DNA of 64,000 nucleotides from Chlamydiales bacterium (GTDB lineage Bacteria; Chlamydiota; Chlamydiia; Chlamydiales; JACRBE01): NCBI GenBank assembly GCA_016213235.1, contig JACRBE010000047.1, positions 56,653 to 120,652 of the forward strand, read 5' to 3'. Shown piece by piece: positions 58,419 to 64,000 of this stretch (position 1 is its first letter; each line of letters starts with the position of its first letter). The notes under the pieces were generated by a model. It saw only the letters and a program-made list of their open reading frames with translations, ran no database searches and was not told where the DNA came from. The position numbers and the translations under genes were made by a program.

Positions 58419-58880
58419 TTATGATGGAAATAAGATAGCATGGTGCTCGTATGTGATGTCGATATGATCATCAGTGATGGATATTTTTGTTATACGGTAG
58501 AGCTCGCATGGCACCTTAGATAATTTCTCTAGTAGTTTCTCTGCATTCATACCACCATTTTTTATCATATCCTGTTTTTCTATTGAATCAGCATCCAGTT
58601 CGATTGTAAAAGGAACGGGACCGATTAATGGTTGGTCAAGATCGTATTTTACATTAAATTCCATGCAATACGATGTTGTTCTCGCCACGTAGCCATTTTC
58701 TGTTTTTTCTATAGAGATGATCTTTTCATGTTCAAAACGGGAGGATTCCCATATCGTATCTTTTAAAAGATCTACTAATTCCCTTAGAGATTGTGCACCG
58801 CCAGGCAATGCTTGGTAGCTTTCCCTACTATTGTTTAAAGATATTTTCAGAGCTTCTTGTATGATTGTTAGGCTGTTCAT
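58419..58880 (-). CDS. Hypothetical protein (153 aa)
   Basis: The preferred start is MNSLTIIQ (58880). It is soluble and mixed alpha/beta-looking, with no motif recognised. It lies upstream of and on the same strand as the Fic gene, separated by 326 nt. Confidence 0.45.
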   Translation of the reverse strand: MNSLTIIQEALKISLNNSRESYQALPGGAQSLRELVDLLKDTIWESSRFEHEKIISIEKTENGYVARTTSYCMEFNVKYDLDQPLIGPVPFTIELDADSIEKQDMIKNGGMNAEKLLEKLSKVPCELYRITKISITDDHIDITYEHHAILFPS

Positions 58881-59010
58881 AAAATACTCTTGTTGGTTTT
58901 GTTTTAATCTAGATAATAACATCAAACAATCTAATATAAAAGTAAAAATATTTTTATATCATATTCATACAATAGTTGATGCAAAACAGCTATGGGAAAT
59001 GCACCCTCAT

Positions 59011-60312
59011 TTATTTCTCATGATAAAAAACAAAGAAATATATAAAGGAAATAAATAAAATAATCGATCCCACTAATAGTGGAAGATGCATATTTAATCC
59101 GGCCAATGGTCCTGCAAGAAGTGGTGAAACAATTTGCCCAATTGCCCACATAGAACCTGCAGCTCCCATCGCTCTTCCTTGCATTTGTTCTGAGGCTTTT
59201 AATGAAAGAATAGCACTCAAGTTTACCCAGCTTAGAGCTCCACCGGTAAGAGTAATAGGAATAATAATCCAATAATACCATAACTGGTTTGGATATAAGA
59301 AAGTGCCTACTCCAAAGGAAGAGAGGCCTATACCCGCTAAAATGAGGGATCGCACGGAAAACTTTCCGGAAAGTTCCTTATTTAAGAACATGGAAACAAA
59401 AAACCAAACAACGGCCATAAAAGCAAAAATATCACCGATCTTATCTGCTCCTAGGAAATACTTTTGCTCTAAAAAGGTGGGAGAAAAGATAAGAAAAAAG
59501 CCCCAACCGATAGAAAAAAGCAAGTTAGTTGCAAGAATATTACGTAATTTTTTTTGATGAAATACAAGGCGAATATCTTTAAAGGTATTGAAAAAAGAAC
59601 TCTTTGTATCATGTTTTTTATAGGTTGCAGTCTCTGTGAAGAAAAATAAAACTACGAAAAAGTTGATCAGGGCACAAACAGCTGCAAATATAAATGCACC
59701 GGAGCCAAATAGCCAGTTTGGATTAGCGAGCTTTCCTCCAAACCAGGGACCTGCTACAAAACCGAGTCCTCCCACTCCAACTAATACACCAAAAGCTTTG
59801 CTTCGATTATGCTCGTCAGTAAGATCTGCAGTAGCGGATTGTGCTAGAGCAACATTACCAGAACAAAAACCTGTTATCATACGACCAAGAAAAAGAAGTT
59901 CAAGGCTTTGTTTATAAACGCCTATAGCCATTACAGAATAGCCACCTATACTAAGAGCAATGGACCAAAGGAAAATTTTATATCTCCCATAATGATCGGC
60001 AAGTGCTCCGGCAAAAGGTCCAGCAATAAATTGCGAAAGACCAAATACGGCAAATAATACACCTAGCATAGTAGTACGAGTCGTTTCAAGAGTATCTGGC
60101 GCAAAAAAGTGAAGATGTGAGTTAAGCAATAGGGGAGCGAGTACTGGAAATACAATCGAATAACCGACCAAATCAAGAGTATAGGTCATTAGAATCGTTA
60201 AAAAGGTTCGATAATTTTGCTGGGATCTAAACACAAAGCCTCCATTTGAGAACTTTTTCTTTATAATAGAAGCGATGATTTTTTTATCTAAAAATAGATC
60301 AACACGGAGCAA
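59011..60312 (-). CDS. MFS transporter (drug:H+ antiporter / Tet-like DHA1 pattern)
   Basis: 433 aa with 12 TM segments. Motif A is GALADHYGRYKIFL. A TTG start is implied at 60312 and TM1 begins before the first internal Met, so the start is uncertain. Confidence 0.8.
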   Translation of the reverse strand: MLRVDLFLDKKIIASIIKKKFSNGGFVFRSQQNYRTFLTILMTYTLDLVGYSIVFPVLAPLLLNSHLHFFAPDTLETTRTTMLGVLFAVFGLSQFIAGPFAGALADHYGRYKIFLWSIALSIGGYSVMAIGVYKQSLELLFLGRMITGFCSGNVALAQSATADLTDEHNRSKAFGVLVGVGGLGFVAGPWFGGKLANPNWLFGSGAFIFAAVCALINFFVVLFFFTETATYKKHDTKSSFFNTFKDIRLVFHQKKLRNILATNLLFSIGWGFFLIFSPTFLEQKYFLGADKIGDIFAFMAVVWFFVSMFLNKELSGKFSVRSLILAGIGLSSFGVGTFLYPNQLWYYWIIIPITLTGGALSWVNLSAILSLKASEQMQGRAMGAAGSMWAIGQIVSPLLAGPLAGLNMHLPLLVGSIILFISFIYFFVFYHEK

Positions 60313-60341
60313 CGAATTGCTTCTTACAGGATTTATCCAAG

Positions 60342-60781
60342 ATGAGCAATGATTCTTCTAGAAAAATAACCAGGGTCAAGCAAAGCATCTATTCGGTTTA
60401 CCGAAATTGCCGTAAAGCCCCTGGATTCATCCCTTGTCATTACCCAAATATATTTCGAACTGGGTGTTGTAACAGGATATCAATATCAGAAGCGCACCTA
60501 TAGGAAAATTAAAGCGAATCTGTGATGCTGCAGATTCCTCTAGAAAGTTGGACACAAAAATGGAGATAGTCTCTTTAGTAGGAACTCTGTTCTGTCATGG
60601 ATGTCATCTACATGTTGCCTTATCCGATGAATTGGGTAGTACCATTGGTGGACATGTAATGGATGGTTGCATCATTTATACAACCGCAGAAATTATAATT
60701 GGAGATGCCACTCATCTAGAATTTAAAAGGCAGCAAGATTCCGCTACAGGATATTCAGAGCTTGTTATTACATCAAAATAA
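60342..60781 (+). pseudogene. PPC/DUF296-domain gene disrupted by frameshifts
   Basis: The C-terminal part (60548-60781) reads EIVSLVGTLFCHGCHLHVALSDELGSTIGGHVMDGCIIYTTAEIIIG. This fits the PPC pattern yEIlSLsGt....HlH.sls...G...GGHl..g.v..taEvvi. The N-terminal part is split across two other frames: MSNDSSRKITR at 60342, then SSKASIRFTEIAVKPLDSSLVITQIYFELGVVTGYQYQKRTYRKIKANL ending in TGA. Confidence 0.5.
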
Positions 60782-60804
60782 TGGTCATTAGCGCGCTTGC
60801 TCTG

Positions 60805-61461
60805 CTATGGAATTACATAGTAAAATATCAGGTAAAAATGAGCAAAACTTCCTGCTAAAACAAACATATGCCAAATGGTATGGAAATAATGGTATTTGGT
60901 ATCTAAAGCAAAGAAAATAAATCCAAGAGTGTAGAAAATCCCACCTAGAAAAAGAGAGAGGATTCCATAAAAGGGGAGTGTAGCTACAATAGGCTCTATT
61001 GCAAAAATAGCCAGCCATCCCATAATCAAATAGAAAGCACCGGAGAGTGCTTCAAACCTATGGCCGAATATGATTTTAAAGGCGATACCAATCACGCAAA
61101 AGAGATATTCGAGAATGAATAGTGTCCATCCTACCACTCCTTGTAAGACAATCAACGTGATTGGCATATAAGTGCCTGCGATGAGGAGATAAATACTGAT
61201 ATGATCTAGTCTCCGAAGTAGTTTTTTCATACGTGTTTGGCAGGCATGATAAAGAGTCGATATGGTGTATAATGTGACAAGAGATCCTCCATAAATACTG
61301 GAGCTTACAATATGCGAAGTATCGCCTCTTGTAATGGAGTTGTATATTAAAAGAGCGCATGCGATAAGGCTGAGTAACAATCCAAATCCATGTGTAATAC
61401 TATTAGCAAACTCTTCTTGAAGAGTTTGAGGAGCAAAGGGGTCCTTTTTTCTAGGAAGCAT
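60805..61461 (-). CDS. Hemolysin III / PAQR-family membrane protein
   Basis: 218 aa with 7 TM segments. It has the N-terminal EEFANSITHGFGLLLS and the conserved His-containing helices (DHISIYLLIAGTYMP, HTIWHMFVLAGSFAHF). Confidence 0.88.
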   Translation of the reverse strand: MLPRKKDPFAPQTLQEEFANSITHGFGLLLSLIACALLIYNSITRGDTSHIVSSSIYGGSLVTLYTISTLYHACQTRMKKLLRRLDHISIYLLIAGTYMPITLIVLQGVVGWTLFILEYLFCVIGIAFKIIFGHRFEALSGAFYLIMGWLAIFAIEPIVATLPFYGILSLFLGGIFYTLGFIFFALDTKYHYFHTIWHMFVLAGSFAHFYLIFYYVIP

Positions 61462-61576
61462 AGATACACCATACTAAGGTTGTTGTATAAATATTAATGC
61501 TACTGAATTCATACAATACCTTTTTCTTGGCTATTGTAATAAGCATTGACAAACGGTGTTTCGGTCCCTCCTTTTC

Positions 61577-61744
61577 TTAATACGTTGAATTGTTCAAGTG
61601 TAGGCCGTTTTTTCCATCAAATCGATATGCTGGTAGGCAATTATTGGTTGCATTATCTTGAATTGTTAGACAAACTCCTTCTATAGGAAGATAGGTCAGA
61701 AAAAATAACATGATATAACAAATTAACTGTTGCATAAACCTCAT
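61577..61744 (-). CDS. Questionable small ORF (52-55 aa) downstream of the radical SAM gene
   Basis: M(RF)MQQLICYIMLFFLTYLPIEG-VCLTIQDNATNNCLPAYRFDGKNGLHLNNSTY has a hydrophobic leader and a polar 2-Cys tail. ATG 61735 has GAGG 3 nt upstream, and a TTGACT-N17-TAACAT promoter-like pair precedes it. No homology support. Confidence 0.2.
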   Translation of the reverse strand: MRFMQQLICYIMLFFLTYLPIEGVCLTIQDNATNNCLPAYRFDGKNGLHLNNSTY

Positions 61745-61911
61745 GTTATTGGGGATATTCGTGGCAGTCAAGGATAATTATGAAAATACGTCTTTTTAAC
61801 AGGCTTCCTATGCACTATATCACCAAGAGTATTATTCGATATAAATACTATCGATATCGTTGTGGGCATGATCAAAAACTAAAACATCTTTGGAATTCAA
61901 ATTAACAAAAA

Positions 61912-62784
61912 CTATGTATAGTCGCTTTTTTCACAATTTTGACATACGGGATAGTTGGATAGTTGCATGGTTTGCTGCGCTACCAGAAAGCGAAAATATT
62001 CCGTGCTAGAAAAGATCTCTTCTATAGATTGCGTTTTTAAATTACCAAATCGGATGGAAGCATTAAAATCATAGCAGCAGGGGACGATGTTTAAATCCCA
62101 GGTAACATTTAGTATTTCTCGTCTATTGCCAACAACAACAGGACAAATTTTTGTACTTGGTGGTACATTGTAGGCTCTCCCATTACCATAGTTATGTACA
62201 TAGTTCCATGTGTTGATTTTAAAGCCGAGATGATCTGCCCACTCTATAAATTCTAATTTCCCTTCAGGCTGCGCCATGGGAAGTGAGGAAGAAATGCTAT
62301 TTTCCGGTATTTTAATATAGATATCTGTGCTCAGGTTTTCTTTCTTTCTGATATCGCTAATCCACTGCAAATTTCTTTTTACTATGCTCAGCCCATCATA
62401 TCCATGAATATTTTTATAAGATTCTTGTGTAAACCCATACATGCTGACCATTAGTTGATCAAGACCTGCGGTTAGTAAATTGTATAAGTACTCTTCTTTT
62501 ACCTTAACTCCTAAAGTAGAGATAATAAATGAAGTGCAATGAGAAGATTTTGTTTTCAAGATTCGTAGTTTTTCCGGAAGCTTACGATCTAAAAGAGATT
62601 CTCCAAAGCCATGCAAATGAATGGACCCAAAAAAAGGAGAAATGCGATCGGCCACAAGAGAAAAATCTTCCATGGACATAAATCCAATGGACCTAGTTAA
62701 TTTCTCTCTTGGACACATAACGCATTTATATCCACAAGAATTGGTGTTTTCAATACGCACTTCTTTAAAGTTTGGAATAGCCAT
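61912..62784 (-). CDS. Radical SAM enzyme with a C-terminal SPASM-type domain
   Basis: 290 aa. The CX3CX2C cluster is NSCGYKCVMCPRE. The C-terminus CPVVVGNRREILNVTWDLNIVPCCYDFNASIRFGNLKTQSIEEIFSS...CQNC follows the SPASM pattern (C...dG.v.pC.......lGNl...sl.eiw......C..C). Confidence 0.85.
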   Translation of the reverse strand: MAIPNFKEVRIENTNSCGYKCVMCPREKLTRSIGFMSMEDFSLVADRISPFFGSIHLHGFGESLLDRKLPEKLRILKTKSSHCTSFIISTLGVKVKEEYLYNLLTAGLDQLMVSMYGFTQESYKNIHGYDGLSIVKRNLQWISDIRKKENLSTDIYIKIPENSISSSLPMAQPEGKLEFIEWADHLGFKINTWNYVHNYGNGRAYNVPPSTKICPVVVGNRREILNVTWDLNIVPCCYDFNASIRFGNLKTQSIEEIFSSTEYFRFLVAQQTMQLSNYPVCQNCEKSDYT

Positions 62785-62937
62785 GATATGACGTTTTTGA
62801 TTTTAGCTATATCAAATACACAAGATAAAAGAATAGCTTTTTTCCATTAAAGGTACCTCATTGATATTGCTTGTAGTTTTTTGAAAAATATTGCATATGG
62901 AAAAACATAAAGAATCTTTATAAGGAGATACCAAATC

Positions 62938-63318
62938 ATGAAATATGTTGTTCTTATCGGAAGAATCCTGTTTTCATCCATTTTTATTATAAAATCGATA
63001 GATCATTTTTCTAAGGAATCTATTAACTATGCAGCAAATTCCGGTGTTCCTTTAGCTACTATTTTAGTGCCTATTGCAGGGATCATTGCATTCTTAGGGG
63101 GAATAAGCATTCTTTTAGGATATAAGGCCCGTTTAGGAGCTTGGTTAATCATCATTTTTCTTATTCCCACTACGTTAATGATGCATCAGTTTTGGAGTAT
63201 TGGAGATGTTTATGATGCCATGATGCATCAATATTGCTTTATGAAAAACGTTTCGATGATAGGTGGTGCGCTCATGATCTCTTATTTTGGTTCCGGACCG
63301 ATGAGTCTCACAAAGTAA
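62938..63318 (+). CDS. DoxX-family membrane protein, copy 2
   Basis: 126 aa, collinear with 51932-52318 (GGISILLGYKARLGAWLIIIFLIPTTLMMH versus GGLSILLGYRARYGAWLLVIFLVPVTLMIH). AAGGAG Shine-Dalgarno upstream. Confidence 0.8.
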   Translation: MKYVVLIGRILFSSIFIIKSIDHFSKESINYAANSGVPLATILVPIAGIIAFLGGISILLGYKARLGAWLIIIFLIPTTLMMHQFWSIGDVYDAMMHQYCFMKNVSMIGGALMISYFGSGPMSLTK

Positions 63319-63531
63319 TGGGCCCATTCAATAGGCAAGTGCGACAAGTAGATTAAAAATATTTGGTTGTCCTTAAATATAACGACTCTAAAGAGTTATA
63401 AAAACTCCAGTTACTGGGTGCACTTCGAACTTTTGACTGGCTAGACTTTAAAGATAAATTTTTAACAACTTCACATTTAGCCTGTTATAACACCCTTGCC
63501 AATAATGTATCTTGCAGGATACAATGAAGTT

Positions 63532-63834
63532 ATGGAAATCGCGATTGAGCTTTACGAAACACTAAGGGAACTGCATACACGCGCTAAAATCCTCACAAGG
63601 CTTGACCGTCTAAGAGTGGGGAACTTTGGTGATTGTAAGGCTCTTGGTGATGGAATTGCAGAACTGAGAATTCACTATGGACCTGGGATTAGAGTCTATT
63701 ACTCGAAAATAGGCAATAAGATCGTGCTCTTGCTTTGCGGAGGAGATAAAAGTTCGCAAACCAAGGACATTAATAGGGCTAAGGAGTATTTAAAAGAATA
63801 TCAATTGAGGGAGAAAAAATATGGCAAAAAGTAA
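63532..63834 (+). CDS. Type II toxin, RelE/ParE superfamily (Gp49/DUF891 addiction-module killer type)
   Basis: RAKILTRLDRLRVGNFGDCKALGDGIAELRIHYGPGIRVYYSKIGNKIVLLLCGGDKSSQTKDINRAKEY matches the killer-protein pattern (GnfGd.k.vG.Gv.ELRi..GpGyRvYf...g..i.lLl.GGdKs.Q.kDI). Start options are 63496 (TTG), 63505 and 63532. Confidence 0.85.
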   Translation: MEIAIELYETLRELHTRAKILTRLDRLRVGNFGDCKALGDGIAELRIHYGPGIRVYYSKIGNKIVLLLCGGDKSSQTKDINRAKEYLKEYQLREKKYGKK

Positions 63835-64000
63835 AAACTATCAAGAATGGCTCTTAGAAAAGCTAAAGGATCATGATGAAGCCGTTGCCTATCTCAATGC
63901 TGCCTTAGAAGAAAGTCTCAAAGGTGATGAAGAATCTCAACATCTTTTCCTCGTCGCTATTCGCAATGTTGCTGAAGCACAAGGTGGCATAGGAAATCTT
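63821..64000 (+). CDS. Cognate antidote (HTH antitoxin), 3'-truncated by the window edge; absent from the ORF track
   Basis: ATG 63821 overlaps the toxin 3' end by 14 nt. MAKSKNYQEWLLEKLKDHDEAVAYLNAALEESLKGDEESQHLFLVAIRNVAEAQGGIGNL matches the N-terminal pattern of addiction-module antidote proteins (d.e.a.aYLnaale..d....ll.Alr.va.A.G). Confidence 0.75.
   Translation, partial: MAKSKNYQEWLLEKLKDHDEAVAYLNAALEESLKGDEESQHLFLVAIRNVAEAQGGIGNL

Noticed and set aside
1-64000. I scanned for rRNA, tRNA, tmRNA-like 3' ends (GGTTCGAATCC/TTCGA motifs), CRISPR repeat-spacer arrays and intact IS elements.
   Set aside because: None was found by eye. The only mobile-element trace is the transposase relic at 7776-7941. 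A computational scan with tRNAscan-SE, Infernal or CRISPRCasFinder would be needed to exclude them formally.

Overview
This is an AT-rich bacterial chromosome segment. Windows I counted by hand mostly fall in the 20s to 40s % G+C. It reads as a member of the phylum Chlamydiae, probably an environmental (Parachlamydiaceae-like) lineage. All identifications rest on motif recognition by eye; no database search was possible.

The taxonomic call rests on five observations:
- rpoB (5'-truncated) and rpoC.
- A convergent transaldolase gene.
- A V-type ATPase operon in the chlamydial order atpE, DUF2764/CT309-like ORF, atpA, atpB, atpD, atpI, atpK.
- valS followed by a long PknD-type Ser/Thr kinase.
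- A lysine-rich Hc2-like histone protein and several orphan exported or membrane proteins.

About 60 protein-coding genes are supportable.
- Housekeeping genes include tal, fumC, trpS, ruvB, a SpoIID-like protein, a PBP4/DacB-like peptidase, a class I DAHP synthase, a THUMP RNA methyltransferase and a Nudix hydrolase.
- Transporters include three MFS pumps, a tandem pair of Na+/alanine-glycine (AGCS) symporters, two GadC-like APC permeases, an orphan UgpB binding protein, MarC, two DoxX proteins and HlyIII.

No rRNA, tRNA or CRISPR array was seen.

The most interesting material is accessory:
- (a) The conserved backbone appears to be split by three insertions. One is flagged by an IS5-family transposase relic. 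One consists of a single G+C-rich orphan ORF between valS and pknD.
- (b) An orphan gene downstream of valS has a disordered N-terminus and a His/Asp/Cys arrangement resembling CE-clan (Ulp1/ChlaDUB/YopJ-type) proteases.
- (c) There are two Fic-domain proteins. One has lost the glutamate at the canonical inhibitory position, reading SSVHSQ instead of SSxIEG.
- (d) A tandem pair of small paralogous Inc-like membrane proteins is present.
- (e) A short radical SAM/SPASM enzyme sits next to unannotated small ORFs.
- (f) A RelE/ParE-type (Gp49) toxin lies at the right edge with an antidote gene that the ORF track misses. An apparently truncated MqsA-like HTH gene elsewhere is flanked by perfect palindromes.
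- (g) Decay products include a multiply frameshifted PPC/DUF296 gene and the transposase relic.

I did not find a compact multi-gene locus that I can defend as a new system. The candidates above are single genes or gene pairs that need structure and homology searches.
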